Assembly (NCBI RefSeq): GCF_024502345.1
Contig: NZ_JALDNN010000001.1
Source: Escherichia coli
GTDB taxonomy: Bacteria; Pseudomonadota; Gammaproteobacteria; Enterobacterales; Enterobacteriaceae
DNA length: 64,000 nt
Direction: 5' to 3' (one strand)
Positions 51,277 through 62,562 of this stretch are shown here, piece after piece. A model generated the notes under the pieces. That model was not told the origin of the DNA, did not search any database, and was given only the letters and a program-made list of their open reading frames with translations. How positions within the stretch are numbered: the first letter of the stretch is position 1; the number at the start of each line of letters is the position of its first letter. A program made the position numbers and the translations under genes.

Positions 51277-52389
51277 TTACTTATTCGGTTTCTCGATTTC
51301 GCCCAGTTCTTCGAGAATTTCTTCCGGTTGGTCCGTCGGCGGCGGGACTTCTTCCACCCACGCGGCAAACAGACGCCAGGAAACGGCTAACAGAACCGGA
51401 CCAATAAACAGACCGATCATCCCGAAAGCAATCAAACCACCAATAACACCAGAGAGGATCAGGATCAGCGGTAAATCGGCACCCATGCGAATTAACATTG
51501 GGCGGATGACGTTATCCAGCGTGCCAACCACACCGCTCCACACTAACAATACCGTTCCCCAGGTGGTATCGCCAGTCCAGTAGAGCCAGATAATCGCCGG
51601 AATCAGTACCGGCAACGGGCCAAGCTGGACAAGGCAGGAGAGGATCATTAACACCGTTAGCAACGTTGCATAAGGTACGCCGGATACGGCGAGGCCGATA
51701 CCGCCAAGCACTGCCTGTACTAACGCCGTCACCACCACACCCAGCGCCACCGCGCGGATAGCCTGTGCCGCCAGCAGCACGGCGGCATCTCCGCGAACGC
51801 CTGCCAGACGGGTTGCAAAATGGCGAATGCCTTGTGCCACCTGTTCACCGCGCCAGTACAGCAGGGCACTGAAGAGAAGCATCAGCGCACAATGCACCAT
51901 AAAGCGCCCGATATGCGCCGCTTGCCCAACGAACCAGGTGGTGGTGGTGCCAATATAAGGGCGGACTTTCGCCATGATCGCCGTCCCCCCCATATCCAGC
52001 AAGTTGTGCCAGCCTGCATACAGCTTCGCGCCAATCACCGGAATGGTATTAAGCCACGCCAGATCGGGTAACGTCATGTCACCGCTGGAAATGGCTTTAA
52101 TTAGCGGGCCGCTGCCGTCGACGATACTGTTAACCAGCAAAGCAATAGGGATGATAAACACCATCACTAATAACAGCGTCATCACCAGAACGGCGAGAGA
52201 GCGGCGGCCAAACATGATCTTTTGCAAACGTAACAATACCGGCCAGGTGGCGATAACCACCGTACCGGCCCATGCAAAGCCGAGAATAAAGGGTTGAACA
52301 ATCCACAGACATGCCACAATCATGATGGCTAAAAACAGCACCGAAAGCAGAATTTGTGCGACATCCCTGGGCTGACGAACATTTACCAT
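51277..52389 (-). CDS. ydiK: AI-2E/PerM-family inner membrane transporter
   Basis: 370-aa multi-pass ORF. Confidence 0.9.
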   Translation of the reverse strand: MVNVRQPRDVAQILLSVLFLAIMIVACLWIVQPFILGFAWAGTVVIATWPVLLRLQKIMFGRRSLAVLVMTLLLVMVFIIPIALLVNSIVDGSGPLIKAISSGDMTLPDLAWLNTIPVIGAKLYAGWHNLLDMGGTAIMAKVRPYIGTTTTWFVGQAAHIGRFMVHCALMLLFSALLYWRGEQVAQGIRHFATRLAGVRGDAAVLLAAQAIRAVALGVVVTALVQAVLGGIGLAVSGVPYATLLTVLMILSCLVQLGPLPVLIPAIIWLYWTGDTTWGTVLLVWSGVVGTLDNVIRPMLIRMGADLPLILILSGVIGGLIAFGMIGLFIGPVLLAVSWRLFAAWVEEVPPPTDQPEEILEELGEIEKPNK

Positions 52390-52602
52390 AACTACTTTTC
52401 ACCTTTTTTGTGCGTCAAATCGTCGACGCGACGTGAACACGCGAAACTCACCTACATAATGATGAGCAATTTCAGCGGTTTTTAACAGGCCGATTCTGCC
52501 CTTAATTCTGATGGGCGTGTTAGAAAAAAATGTGGTACAACAACTCAGGCAACACGCAAACGATTAATCTCTCATCACAGACCGCAGGAAAGGGTCAATA
52601 TA

Positions 52603-55600
52603 ATGATTCCACAGATTTCCCAGGCACCCGGCGTCGTTCAACTGGTGCTTAATTTTTTGCAAGAGCTGGAGCAACAAGGTTTTACCGGCGATACGGCGAC
52701 AAGTTATGCCGATCGTCTGACAATGTCGACCGACAACAGTATTTACCAACTTCTCCCCGATGCGGTGGTATTTCCGCGTTCAACCGCAGATGTGGCGCTG
52801 ATCGCCCGTCTTGCCGCGCAGGAACGCTATTCATCGCTGATCTTTACCCCCCGCGGCGGCGGCACCGGCACTAACGGTCAGGCGCTCAACCAGGGGATTA
52901 TTGTTGATATGTCCCGCCATATGAACCGCATCATCGAAATTAACCCTGAAGAGGGCTGGGTGCGCGTTGAGGCCGGGGTGATAAAAGATCAACTCAATCA
53001 GTACCTGAAACCGTTCGGCTACTTTTTTGCGCCGGAACTTTCGACCAGCAACCGGGCAACGCTCGGTGGGATGATCAATACCGATGCATCCGGTCAGGGA
53101 TCGCTGGTCTATGGCAAAACGTCAGATCACGTACTTGGCGTACGCGCGGTGTTGTTGGGGGGCGATATTCTCGATACGCAACCTTTACCCGTCGAATTGG
53201 CGGAAACGCTGGGTAAATCCAATACCACAATCGGGCGAATTTATAACACGGTTTATCAACGTTGCCGTCAGCAACGCCAGTTAATTATCGACAACTTCCC
53301 CAAACTTAACCGCTTTCTTACCGGTTACGATCTGCGTCATGTCTTTAACGATGAGATGACCGAGTTCGACCTGACGCGCATTCTGACGGGTTCAGAAGGG
53401 ACGCTGGCCTTTATTACCGAAGCGCGGCTGGATATTACGCGCTTGCCTAAAGTGCGCCGTCTGGTGAACGTCAAATATGACTCTTTTGACTCTGCGCTGC
53501 GTAACGCGCCGTTTATGGTTGAGGCGCGGGCGCTTTCGGTAGAGACGGTGGACTCAAAAGTGCTGAATCTGGCGCGGGAAGATATTGTCTGGCATTCCGT
53601 CAGCGAGTTGATTACCGATGTGCCTGACCAAGAGATGCTCGGGCTGAACATTGTGGAATTTGCTGGTGATGATGAGGCGCTGATTGATGAGCGGGTAAAT
53701 GCACTCTGTGCGCGGTTGGATGAGCTGATCGCCAGTCATCAAGCAGGTGTCATCGGCTGGCAGGTGTGCCGTGAGCTGGCGGGGGTTGAACGTATCTATG
53801 CAATGCGCAAAAAAGCCGTTGGTCTGCTTGGCAATGCCAAAGGTGCCGCTAAGCCAATTCCGTTTGCTGAGGATACCTGCGTACCGCCGGAACACCTGGC
53901 GGATTATATTGCTGAATTTCGCGCGCTGCTCGACAGCCACGGCTTAAGCTACGGTATGTTCGGTCACGTCGACGCAGGTGTCTTGCACGTCCGTCCAGCG
54001 CTGGATATGTGCGATCCTCAACAAGAGATTTTGATGAAGCAAATCTCTGATGACGTGGTGGCGCTGACTGCGAAATACGGTGGTTTGTTGTGGGGCGAGC
54101 ACGGCAAAGGTTTTCGCGCTGAATACAGCCCGGCGTTTTTCGGTGAGGAACTTTTTGCAGAACTGCGCAAAGTGAAAGCGGCATTTGACCCGCATAACCG
54201 ACTCAACCCAGGGAAGATTTGCCCGCCAGAAGGTCTCGATGCGCCGATGATGAAAGTGGACGCGGTGAAGCGCGGTACATTCGATCGGCAGATCCCCATT
54301 GCGGTACGCCAGCAGTGGCGCGGTGCGATGGAGTGTAACGGCAACGGTTTATGCTTCAACTTTGATGCCCGTAGTCCGATGTGTCCGTCGATGAAGATCA
54401 CCCAGAACCGGATTCATTCACCGAAAGGGCGCGCAACGCTGGTGCGTGAATGGCTGCGTTTGTTGGCGGATCGCGGCGTTGATCCACTCAAACTGGAACA
54501 AGAACTGCCTGAATCCGGCGTCAGTTTGCGGACGTTAATTGCCCGCACGCGCAATAGCTGGCATGCGAATAAAGGCGAATATGACTTCTCACACGAAGTC
54601 AAAGAGGCGATGTCGGGCTGTCTGGCCTGTAAAGCGTGTTCGACCCAGTGCCCCATCAAAATTGATGTGCCGGAGTTTCGCTCTCGTTTTCTGCAGCTCT
54701 ATCACACCCGTTATTTACGCCCGCTGCGCGACCACCTCGTCGCTACGGTCGAGAGCTACGCGCCGCTGATGGCACGCGCGCCGAAAACCTTTAACTTCTT
54801 CATTAACCAGCCGCTGGTGCGCAAACTCTCGGAAAAACATATCGGCATGGTTGATTTGCCGCTGCTGTCGGTCCCCTCGCTACAACAACAAATGGTGGGG
54901 CATCGCTCGGCAAACATGACGCTGGAACAGCTTGAATCTCTCAATGCAGAGCAGAAAGCGCGCACAGTGTTGGTGGTGCAGGACCCCTTTACCAGCTATT
55001 ACGATGCGCAAGTGGTGGCGGATTTTGTCCGTCTGGTCGAAAAATTAGGTTTCCAGCCTGTGTTACTGCCATTTTCGCCAAATGGCAAAGCCCAGCATAT
55101 TAAAGGTTTTCTTAATCGTTTTGCGAAGACGGCGAAAAAGACGGCGGATTTCCTCAACCGTATGGCGAAGCTGGGTATGCCAATGGTGGGCGTCGATCCG
55201 GCGCTGGTACTTTGTTATCGCGATGAATATAAACTGGCGCTGGGCGAGGAGCGTGGCGAGTTTAACGTCTTACTGGCGAATGAATGGCTGGCAAGCGCAC
55301 TTGAGTCACAGCCAGTGGCTACAGTCAGCGGTGAATCATGGTATTTCTTTGGTCACTGTACCGAAGTTACCGCCTTGCCGGGTGCGCCAGCACAATGGGC
55401 CGCGATATTTGCCCGTTTTGGCGCGAAACTGGAAAATGTCAGCGTGGGTTGCTGCGGCATGGCAGGGACTTACGGACATGAAGCGAAAAACCATGAAAAT
55501 TCGCTCGGGATCTATGAGTTATCCTGGCATCAGGCTATGCAGCGACTGCCGCGTAACCGCTGTCTGGCGACCGGATATTCCTGCCGTAGCCAGGTAAAAC

Positions 55601-55659
55601 GGGTTGAAGGCACGGGGGTACGCCATCCTGTGCAGGCTTTACTGGAGATTATTAAATGA
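52603..55659 (+). CDS. ydiJ: Large FAD-linked oxidase with Fe-S/CCG domains (D-2-hydroxyglutarate dehydrogenase-like)
   Basis: 1018-aa ORF; N-terminal FAD-binding PCMH-type domain, Cys-rich C-terminal half. Confidence 0.93.
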   Translation: MIPQISQAPGVVQLVLNFLQELEQQGFTGDTATSYADRLTMSTDNSIYQLLPDAVVFPRSTADVALIARLAAQERYSSLIFTPRGGGTGTNGQALNQGIIVDMSRHMNRIIEINPEEGWVRVEAGVIKDQLNQYLKPFGYFFAPELSTSNRATLGGMINTDASGQGSLVYGKTSDHVLGVRAVLLGGDILDTQPLPVELAETLGKSNTTIGRIYNTVYQRCRQQRQLIIDNFPKLNRFLTGYDLRHVFNDEMTEFDLTRILTGSEGTLAFITEARLDITRLPKVRRLVNVKYDSFDSALRNAPFMVEARALSVETVDSKVLNLAREDIVWHSVSELITDVPDQEMLGLNIVEFAGDDEALIDERVNALCARLDELIASHQAGVIGWQVCRELAGVERIYAMRKKAVGLLGNAKGAAKPIPFAEDTCVPPEHLADYIAEFRALLDSHGLSYGMFGHVDAGVLHVRPALDMCDPQQEILMKQISDDVVALTAKYGGLLWGEHGKGFRAEYSPAFFGEELFAELRKVKAAFDPHNRLNPGKICPPEGLDAPMMKVDAVKRGTFDRQIPIAVRQQWRGAMECNGNGLCFNFDARSPMCPSMKITQNRIHSPKGRATLVREWLRLLADRGVDPLKLEQELPESGVSLRTLIARTRNSWHANKGEYDFSHEVKEAMSGCLACKACSTQCPIKIDVPEFRSRFLQLYHTRYLRPLRDHLVATVESYAPLMARAPKTFNFFINQPLVRKLSEKHIGMVDLPLLSVPSLQQQMVGHRSANMTLEQLESLNAEQKARTVLVVQDPFTSYYDAQVVADFVRLVEKLGFQPVLLPFSPNGKAQHIKGFLNRFAKTAKKTADFLNRMAKLGMPMVGVDPALVLCYRDEYKLALGEERGEFNVLLANEWLASALESQPVATVSGESWYFFGHCTEVTALPGAPAQWAAIFARFGAKLENVSVGCCGMAGTYGHEAKNHENSLGIYELSWHQAMQRLPRNRCLATGYSCRSQVKRVEGTGVRHPVQALLEIIK

Positions 55660-56066
55660 TATGGAAACGGAAAATCACCCTGGAAGCACTGAATGCTATG
55701 GGTGAAGGAAACATGGTGGGGTTCCTGGATATTCGCTTTGAACATATTGGTGATGACACCCTTGAAGCGACAATGCCAGTAGACTCGCGGACAAAGCAGC
55801 CTTTCGGGTTGCTGCATGGAGGAGCATCCGTGGTACTGGCCGAAAGTATCGGTTCCGTTGCCGGTTATTTATGTACCGAAGGTGAGCAAAAAGTGGTTGG
55901 TCTGGAAATCAATGCTAACCACGTCCGCTCGGCACGAGAAGGGCGGGTGCGCGGCGTATGCAAACCGTTGCATCTCGGTTCGCGTCACCAGGTCTGGCAG
56001 ATTGAAATCTTCGATGAGAAAGGGCGTTTGTGCTGTTCGTCACGATTGACGACCGCCATTTTGTGA
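55656..56066 (+). CDS. menI: 1,4-dihydroxy-2-naphthoyl-CoA thioesterase (hotdog fold)
   Basis: 136-aa ORF; 4-nt overlap with ydiJ stop. Confidence 0.93.
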   Translation: MIWKRKITLEALNAMGEGNMVGFLDIRFEHIGDDTLEATMPVDSRTKQPFGLLHGGASVVLAESIGSVAGYLCTEGEQKVVGLEINANHVRSAREGRVRGVCKPLHLGSRHQVWQIEIFDEKGRLCCSSRLTTAIL

Positions 56067-56165
56067 CGTTGTCACCAGAAAAGTGTGACGCATATTGCTT
56101 TTGGTCATTATCTGCACAGTAAACGGTGGTATACTGTGCAGGTCTTGTCTAAAAGCGAGGATGCT

Positions 56166-56354
56166 ATGTCTACTCAACTTGATCCCACCCAGCTGGCCAT
56201 TGAATTTTTACGCCGTGACCAGAGCAATCTTTCACCTGCCCAATATCTCAAACGTCTGAAACAACTAGAACTTGAATTTGCTGACCTGCTTACTCTCTCT
56301 TCTGCTGAATTAAAAGAAGAAATCTACTTTGCCTGGCGTCTGGGCGTGCATTGA
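56166..56354 (+). CDS. ydiH: Uncharacterized small protein YdiH
   Basis: 62-aa ORF from MSTQLDPTQLAIEFLRRDQ; ORF-track 89-aa extension rejected. Confidence 0.75.
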   Translation: MSTQLDPTQLAIEFLRRDQSNLSPAQYLKRLKQLELEFADLLTLSSAELKEEIYFAWRLGVH

Positions 56355-56529
56355 TCCTGACTTAATGCCGCAAGTTCGCCAAATCGACCTGGATTAACCT
56401 CCGTCCAGGTTCGATGACCTTCTTAATACTGCTTATCTACCGCCTGATATTGTTCAAAAATAATACTAATCGCAGTTTGTGTTAAAACGGCGGGTTAGCT
56501 TTATGAGATTATTCTTATCGCCCCTTCAA

Positions 56530-56612
56530 GAGCTAAGCCACTGAGAGTGCCGGAGATAAGCGCCGGATGGGGTAGAAACCCTTAAGCCTGTGTCGCACAG
56601 ACTTAAGGGTTT
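56530..56612 (+). ncRNA. rydB: Candidate small RNA with intrinsic terminator (position fits RydB)
   Basis: Hairpin cccttaag-cctgtgtcgcacaga-cttaaggg followed by ttttcttattt, about 200 nt past ydiH stop in the ydiH-sufA spacer; 5' end and strand not verified. Confidence 0.4.
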
Positions 56613-56703
56613 TCTTATTTCTGAACGCTGCACTTTTTTACCTATCTCTTAAATAGTCATTTTCAATACAACTTTTTCTTTTTCATCACAGCCTTAATGC
56701 TCC

Positions 56704-56725
56704 TTAGATAATAACCATTATCTAA
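56704..56725 (+). promoter_or_regulatory. Fur-box-like site in the sufA promoter region
   Basis: agataataaccattatct resembles the GATAAT-N-ATTATC Fur consensus, about 180 nt upstream of sufA. Confidence 0.55.
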
Positions 56726-56901
56726 CAATGAGATACCTAATTCTTAGCGTGCCTGTTAACCCACACATCAGGGTCTATGCTTATTAAAAGCAGGCAAAAA
56801 GCATGTTTTACGGTAAAGCCCCTGCGTTTGCTGGGTTGAACTGATAATCATTATCACTAACATGCTGTTATACGCTGAAAGCGATGAAGTGAGGTAAATC
56901 G

Positions 56902-57270
56902 ATGGACATGCATTCAGGAACCTTTAACCCACAAGATTTCGCCTGGCAAGGCTTAACGCTGACACCCGCAGCGGCGATACACATCCGTGAGCTGGTGGCA
57001 AAGCAGCCGGGTATGGTCGGCGTGCGCTTAGGCGTGAAGCAAACGGGCTGCGCGGGCTTTGGCTATGTGCTCGACAGTGTTAGCGAGCCGGACAAAGACG
57101 ATCTGCTGTTTGAACACGACGGCGCGAAGCTGTTTGTCCCGCTGCAAGCGATGCCGTTTATTGATGGCACGGAAGTCGATTTCGTTCGTGAAGGACTTAA
57201 TCAGATATTCAAATTTCACAACCCTAAAGCCCAGAATGAATGTGGCTGTGGCGAAAGCTTTGGGGTATAG
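56902..57270 (+). CDS. sufA: Fe-S cluster A-type carrier
   Basis: 122-aa ORF with C-terminal CGCGESF motif. Confidence 0.96.
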   Translation: MDMHSGTFNPQDFAWQGLTLTPAAAIHIRELVAKQPGMVGVRLGVKQTGCAGFGYVLDSVSEPDKDDLLFEHDGAKLFVPLQAMPFIDGTEVDFVREGLNQIFKFHNPKAQNECGCGESFGV

Positions 57271-57278
57271 GCGGTACT

Positions 57279-58766
57279 ATGTCTCGTAATACTGAAGCAA
57301 CTGACGATGTCAAAACCTGGACCGGCGGCCCGCTGAATTATAAAGAAGGATTCTTCACCCAGTTAGCCACCGATGAGCTGGCAAAGGGGATAAACGAAGA
57401 GGTGGTGCGCGCAATTTCGGCGAAGCGTAATGAGCCGGAGTGGATGCTGGAGTTTCGTCTAAACGCCTATCGCGCATGGCTGGAGATGGAAGAACCGCAC
57501 TGGTTGAAAGCGCACTACGACAAGCTGAATTATCAGGATTACAGCTACTACTCAGCACCATCGTGCGGTAATTGTGACGACACTTGCGCGTCTGAACCTG
57601 GCGCGGTGCAGCAAACTGGCGCGAACGCCTTTTTAAGTAAAGAGGTGGAGGCGGCGTTTGAGCAGTTGGGCGTTCCCGTGCGGGAAGGCAAAGAGGTGGC
57701 GGTGGATGCCATTTTCGACTCAGTTTCGGTTGCCACTACTTATCGCGAAAAACTGGCGGAGCAGGGAATTATTTTCTGTTCCTTTGGTGAGGCGATCCAC
57801 GATCACCCGGAACTGGTGCGTAAATATCTCGGCACCGTGGTGCCGGGGAATGACAACTTCTTTGCCGCGCTTAATGCGGCGGTAGCCTCTGACGGTACGT
57901 TTATTTATGTGCCTAAAGGCGTGCGCTGCCCGATGGAACTTTCCACCTATTTTCGCATTAACGCGGAAAAAACCGGGCAGTTTGAGCGCACCATTCTGGT
58001 GGCCGACGAAGACAGCTACGTCAGCTACATTGAAGGCTGTTCCGCTCCGGTGCGTGACAGCTATCAGTTACACGCGGCAGTGGTGGAAGTCATCATCCAT
58101 AAAAACGCCGAGGTGAAATATTCCACGGTACAAAACTGGTTCCCTGGCGATAACAACACCGGCGGTATTCTCAACTTCGTCACCAAGCGTGCTTTGTGCG
58201 AAGGCGAAAACAGCAAAATGTCATGGACGCAATCAGAAACCGGGTCAGCGATTACGTGGAAATATCCCAGCTGCATTTTGCGCGGCGATAACTCCATTGG
58301 TGAGTTTTACTCAGTGGCGCTGACCAGCGGTCATCAGCAAGCGGATACCGGCACCAAGATGATCCACATCGGTAAAAACACCAAATCGACCATTATCTCG
58401 AAAGGGATCTCTGCCGGACATAGTCAGAACAGTTATCGCGGCTTAGTGAAAATCATGCCGACGGCAACCAATGCGCGCAATTTCACTCAGTGCGACTCAA
58501 TGCTGATTGGCGCTAATTGTGGGGCGCATACCTTCCCGTATGTCGAATGTCGCAATAACAGCGCACAACTGGAGCACGAGGCAACGACATCACGTATTGG
58601 TGAAGATCAACTGTTTTACTGCCTGCAACGCGGGATCAGCGAAGAAGACGCCATCTCGATGATTGTTAACGGTTTCTGCAAAGACGTGTTCTCAGAACTG
58701 CCGCTGGAATTTGCCGTTGAAGCACAAAAACTCCTCGCCATCAGTCTTGAACACAGCGTCGGATAA
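57279..58766 (+). CDS. sufB: Fe-S cluster assembly scaffold SufB
   Basis: 495-aa ORF from [24 protein letters not shown]; ORF-track 508-aa extension rejected. Confidence 0.96.
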   Translation: MSRNTEATDDVKTWTGGPLNYKEGFFTQLATDELAKGINEEVVRAISAKRNEPEWMLEFRLNAYRAWLEMEEPHWLKAHYDKLNYQDYSYYSAPSCGNCDDTCASEPGAVQQTGANAFLSKEVEAAFEQLGVPVREGKEVAVDAIFDSVSVATTYREKLAEQGIIFCSFGEAIHDHPELVRKYLGTVVPGNDNFFAALNAAVASDGTFIYVPKGVRCPMELSTYFRINAEKTGQFERTILVADEDSYVSYIEGCSAPVRDSYQLHAAVVEVIIHKNAEVKYSTVQNWFPGDNNTGGILNFVTKRALCEGENSKMSWTQSETGSAITWKYPSCILRGDNSIGEFYSVALTSGHQQADTGTKMIHIGKNTKSTIISKGISAGHSQNSYRGLVKIMPTATNARNFTQCDSMLIGANCGAHTFPYVECRNNSAQLEHEATTSRIGEDQLFYCLQRGISEEDAISMIVNGFCKDVFSELPLEFAVEAQKLLAISLEHSVG

Positions 58767-58775
58767 GGAATAAAC

Positions 58776-59522
58776 ATGTTAAGTATTAAAGATTTACACG
58801 TCAGCGTGGAAGATAAAGCTATCCTGCGTGGATTAAGCCTCGACGTTCGTCCCGGCGAAGTTCACGCCATTATGGGGCCAAACGGTTCGGGCAAAAGTAC
58901 CTTATCGGCAACGCTTGCCGGGCGAGAAGATTATGAAGTGACGGGCGGCACGGTTGAGTTCAAAGGCAAAGATTTGCTTGCGCTGTCGCCGGAAGATCGT
59001 GCAGGCGAAGGCATCTTTATGGCCTTCCAGTATCCGGTGGAGATTCCCGGCGTCAGTAACCAGTTTTTCCTGCAAACGGCACTTAATGCGGTGCGCAGCT
59101 ATCGCGGCCAGGAAACGCTCGACCGCTTTGATTTTCAGGATTTGATGGAAGAGAAAATCGCTCTCCTGAAGATGCCGGAAGATTTATTAACCCGTTCGGT
59201 AAACGTTGGTTTTTCCGGCGGCGAGAAAAAGCGCAACGATATTTTGCAAATGGCGGTGCTGGAACCGGAGTTATGCATTCTTGATGAGTCGGACTCCGGG
59301 CTGGATATTGACGCATTAAAAGTGGTCGCCGATGGCGTGAACTCGCTGCGTGATGGCAAGCGCTCATTCATCATTGTTACGCACTACCAACGCATTCTCG
59401 ACTACATCAAGCCTGATTACGTTCATGTGCTATATCAGGGACGAATTGTGAAATCCGGCGATTTCACGTTGGTCAAACAACTGGAGGAGCAGGGTTATGG
59501 CTGGCTTACCGAACAGCAGTAA
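58776..59522 (+). CDS. sufC: Fe-S cluster assembly ATPase SufC
   Basis: 248-aa ORF with Walker A (GPNGSGKST). Confidence 0.97.
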   Translation: MLSIKDLHVSVEDKAILRGLSLDVRPGEVHAIMGPNGSGKSTLSATLAGREDYEVTGGTVEFKGKDLLALSPEDRAGEGIFMAFQYPVEIPGVSNQFFLQTALNAVRSYRGQETLDRFDFQDLMEEKIALLKMPEDLLTRSVNVGFSGGEKKRNDILQMAVLEPELCILDESDSGLDIDALKVVADGVNSLRDGKRSFIIVTHYQRILDYIKPDYVHVLYQGRIVKSGDFTLVKQLEEQGYGWLTEQQ

Positions 59523-60768
59523 TGCGCTGCAACAGTGGCATCACTTGTTTGAAGCTGAAGGGACAAAACGCTCACCGCAAGCACAGCAGCATTTACAACA
59601 ATTGCTGCGTACCGGACTGCCGACACGTAAACATGAAAACTGGAAATATACGCCGCTGGAAGGGCTGACCAATAGCCAGTTTGTCAGCATTGCGGGAGAG
59701 ATATCCCCACAGCAGCGAGATGCCTTAGCGTTAACGTTAGACGCTGTGCGGCTGGTATTTGTCGATGGACGTTACGTGTCAGCACTGAGCGATGCGACTG
59801 AAGGCAGCGGGTATGAAGTGAGCATTAACGACGACCGTCAGGGGGTACCCGACGCTATTCAGGCGGAAGTGTTTCTGCATTTGACGGAAAGCCTGGCACA
59901 AAGCGTGACGCATATCGCCGTGAAGCGCGGTCAACGGCCGGCAAAGCCATTGCTGTTAATGCATATTACCCAGGGCGTGGCAGGTGAAGAGGTCAACACT
60001 GCCCATTACCGACATCATCTGGATCTGGCGGAAGGTGCCGAAGCAACGGTGATCGAACATTTTGTCAGCCTTAATGATGCTCGTCACTTCACCGGCGCAC
60101 GGTTCACTATCAATGTCGCAGCGAACGCCCACTTGCAGCATATCAAGCTGGCGTTTGAAAACCCGGTCAGTCACCACTTTGCCCATAACGATTTGTTGCT
60201 GGCTGACGATGCCACCGCATTTAGCCATAGTTTCCTGCTGGGTGGCGCAGTGTTACGACACAACACCAGTACGCAACTCAATGGCGAAAACAGCACGCTG
60301 CGGATCAATAGCCTGGCGATGCCGGTGAAAAACGAGGTGTGTGATACCCGTACCTGGCTGGAACACAATAAAGGTTTTTGTAACAGCCGACAGTTGCACA
60401 AAACTATCGTCAGCGACAAAGGCCGCGCGGTATTTAACGGTTTGATCAACGTCGCGCAGCACGCCATCAAAACGGATGGTCAGATGACCAACAATAATCT
60501 GCTGATGGGCAAACTGGCGGAAGTGGATACAAAACCGCAGCTGGAAATCTATGCAGATGATGTGAAATGCAGCCACGGCGCGACGGTGGGGCGTATTGAT
60601 GATGAACAGATGTTCTATCTGCGCTCGCGCGGGATCAATCAGCAGGATGCCCAGCAGATGATCATTTACGCCTTTGCTGCCGAACTGACGGAAGCACTGC
60701 GTGATGAGGGGCTTAAACAGCAGGTGCTGGCCCGAATCGGTCAACGGCTGCCAGGAGGTGCAAGATGA
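59497..60768 (+). CDS. sufD: Fe-S cluster assembly protein SufD
   Basis: 423-aa ORF; overlaps sufC 3' end by 26 nt. Confidence 0.95.
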   Translation: MAGLPNSSNALQQWHHLFEAEGTKRSPQAQQHLQQLLRTGLPTRKHENWKYTPLEGLTNSQFVSIAGEISPQQRDALALTLDAVRLVFVDGRYVSALSDATEGSGYEVSINDDRQGVPDAIQAEVFLHLTESLAQSVTHIAVKRGQRPAKPLLLMHITQGVAGEEVNTAHYRHHLDLAEGAEATVIEHFVSLNDARHFTGARFTINVAANAHLQHIKLAFENPVSHHFAHNDLLLADDATAFSHSFLLGGAVLRHNTSTQLNGENSTLRINSLAMPVKNEVCDTRTWLEHNKGFCNSRQLHKTIVSDKGRAVFNGLINVAQHAIKTDGQMTNNNLLMGKLAEVDTKPQLEIYADDVKCSHGATVGRIDDEQMFYLRSRGINQQDAQQMIIYAFAAELTEALRDEGLKQQVLARIGQRLPGGAR

Positions 60769-61985
60769 CTTTTTCCGTCGACAAAGTGCGGGCCGACTTT
60801 CCGGTGCTTTCGCGTGAGGTAAACGGTTTGCCGCTGGCTTATCTCGACAGCGCCGCCAGTGCACAGAAACCGAGCCAGGTGATTGACGCCGAGGCCGAGT
60901 TTTATCGTCATGGCTACGCGGCGGTGCATCGCGGTATTCATACCTTAAGCGCTCAGGCGACCGAGAAAATGGAGAACGTGCGCAAGCGGGCATCGCTGTT
61001 TATTAATGCCCGTTCGGCGGAAGAGCTGGTGTTCGTCCGCGGCACGACGGAAGGGATCAATCTGGTCGCCAATAGCTGGGGCAACAGCAATGTGCGGGCG
61101 GGCGATAACATCATCATCAGTCAGATGGAGCACCACGCTAACATTGTCCCCTGGCAGATGCTTTGCGCACGCGTTGGCGCAGAGCTGCGTGTGATCCCTC
61201 TCAACCCCGACGGTACGCTGCAACTGGAGACGCTGCCTACGCTGTTTGATGAGAAAACTCGCCTGCTGGCAATTACTCATGTCTCCAACGTGCTGGGAAC
61301 AGAAAATCCGCTGGCGGAAATAATCACGCTTGCGCACCAGCATGGCGCAAAAGTGCTGGTGGATGGCGCTCAGGCGGTGATGCATCATCCGGTGGATGTT
61401 CAGGCGCTGGATTGCGACTTTTACGTGTTCTCCGGGCATAAACTGTATGGCCCCACCGGAATTGGCATTCTTTATGTGAAAGAAGCCTTGTTGCAGGAGA
61501 TGCCGCCGTGGGAAGGGGGCGGTTCTATGATCGCCACCGTCAGCCTGAGTGAAGGCACTACCTGGACCAAAGCACCATGGCGGTTTGAAGCCGGTACACC
61601 CAATACCGGGGGCATCATTGGTCTTGGCGCGGCGCTGGAGTATGTTTCGGCGCTGGGGCTTAATAACATAGCCGAGTATGAACAGAATCTGATGCACTAC
61701 GCGCTATCACAGCTGGAATCTGTACCGGATCTCACTCTCTATGGCCCGCGGAACAGGCTTGGCGTTATTGCTTTTAATCTTGGTAAACACCACGCCTATG
61801 ATGTTGGCAGTTTTCTCGATAACTACGGCATTGCTGTGCGTACCGGACATCACTGCGCGATGCCATTAATGGCCTATTACAACGTCCCTGCTATGTGTCG
61901 GGCGTCGCTGGCCATGTATAACACCCATGAAGAAGTGGATCGTCTGGTGACCGGACTGCAACGTATTCACCGTCTGCTGGGATAA
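60765..61985 (+). CDS. sufS: Cysteine desulfurase SufS (PLP-dependent)
   Basis: 406-aa [39 protein letters not shown]; 4-nt overlap with sufD. Confidence 0.97.
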   Translation: MTFSVDKVRADFPVLSREVNGLPLAYLDSAASAQKPSQVIDAEAEFYRHGYAAVHRGIHTLSAQATEKMENVRKRASLFINARSAEELVFVRGTTEGINLVANSWGNSNVRAGDNIIISQMEHHANIVPWQMLCARVGAELRVIPLNPDGTLQLETLPTLFDEKTRLLAITHVSNVLGTENPLAEIITLAHQHGAKVLVDGAQAVMHHPVDVQALDCDFYVFSGHKLYGPTGIGILYVKEALLQEMPPWEGGGSMIATVSLSEGTTWTKAPWRFEAGTPNTGGIIGLGAALEYVSALGLNNIAEYEQNLMHYALSQLESVPDLTLYGPRNRLGVIAFNLGKHHAYDVGSFLDNYGIAVRTGHHCAMPLMAYYNVPAMCRASLAMYNTHEEVDRLVTGLQRIHRLLG

Positions 61986-61997
61986 CAGGGAGGCACT

Positions 61998-62414
61998 ATG
62001 GCTTTATTGCCGGATAAAGAAAAATTGCTGCGTAATTTTTTACGCTGCGCCAACTGGGAAGAGAAATATCTCTACATTATTGAGCTGGGCCAGCGTCTGC
62101 CAGAATTACGCGCCGAAGACCGAAGCCCACAAAATAGCATTCAGGGCTGCCAGAGTCAGGTGTGGATTGTCATGCGCCAGAATGCGCAGGGAATTATTGA
62201 ATTGCAGGGCGACAGCGATGCGGCGATTGTGAAAGGGCTTATTGCGGTCGTCTTTATTCTCTACGATCAGATGACGCCGCAGGATATTGTCAATTTCGAT
62301 GTGCGTCCGTGGTTTGAAAAAATGGCGCTCACCCAACATCTCACCCCATCTCGTTCACAAGGTCTGGAAGCGATGATTCGCGCAATTCGCGCCAAAGCCG
62401 CTGCACTTAGCTAA
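61998..62414 (+). CDS. sufE: Sulfur acceptor SufE
   Basis: 138-aa [34 protein letters not shown]. Confidence 0.96.
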
Positions 62415-62562
62415 ACTAAAGGGACAGCTTTCATCCGGTTGGCTCACATTGCCGGATGGTCAATGTTTACACTGACCTGCACAGGAGTGTTTTGGTTTCA
62501 GGTGAACATAAGCGCCATCCGACGTTTCAGCGTGAGTCTCCGGCAAATACAGGAGGTTTACA

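Noticed and set aside
60253-61697. Antisense ORFs of about 250 aa inside sufD/sufS (60253..60993 and 60945..61697)
   Set aside because: Same reasoning: shadow ORFs opposite conserved suf genes, no start context or recognisable features
62415-62470. Inverted repeat catccgg...ccggatg after sufE, considered as a REP element or terminator
   Set aside because: Short stem with a long loop and no clear T-tract or REP consensus; too weak to annotate
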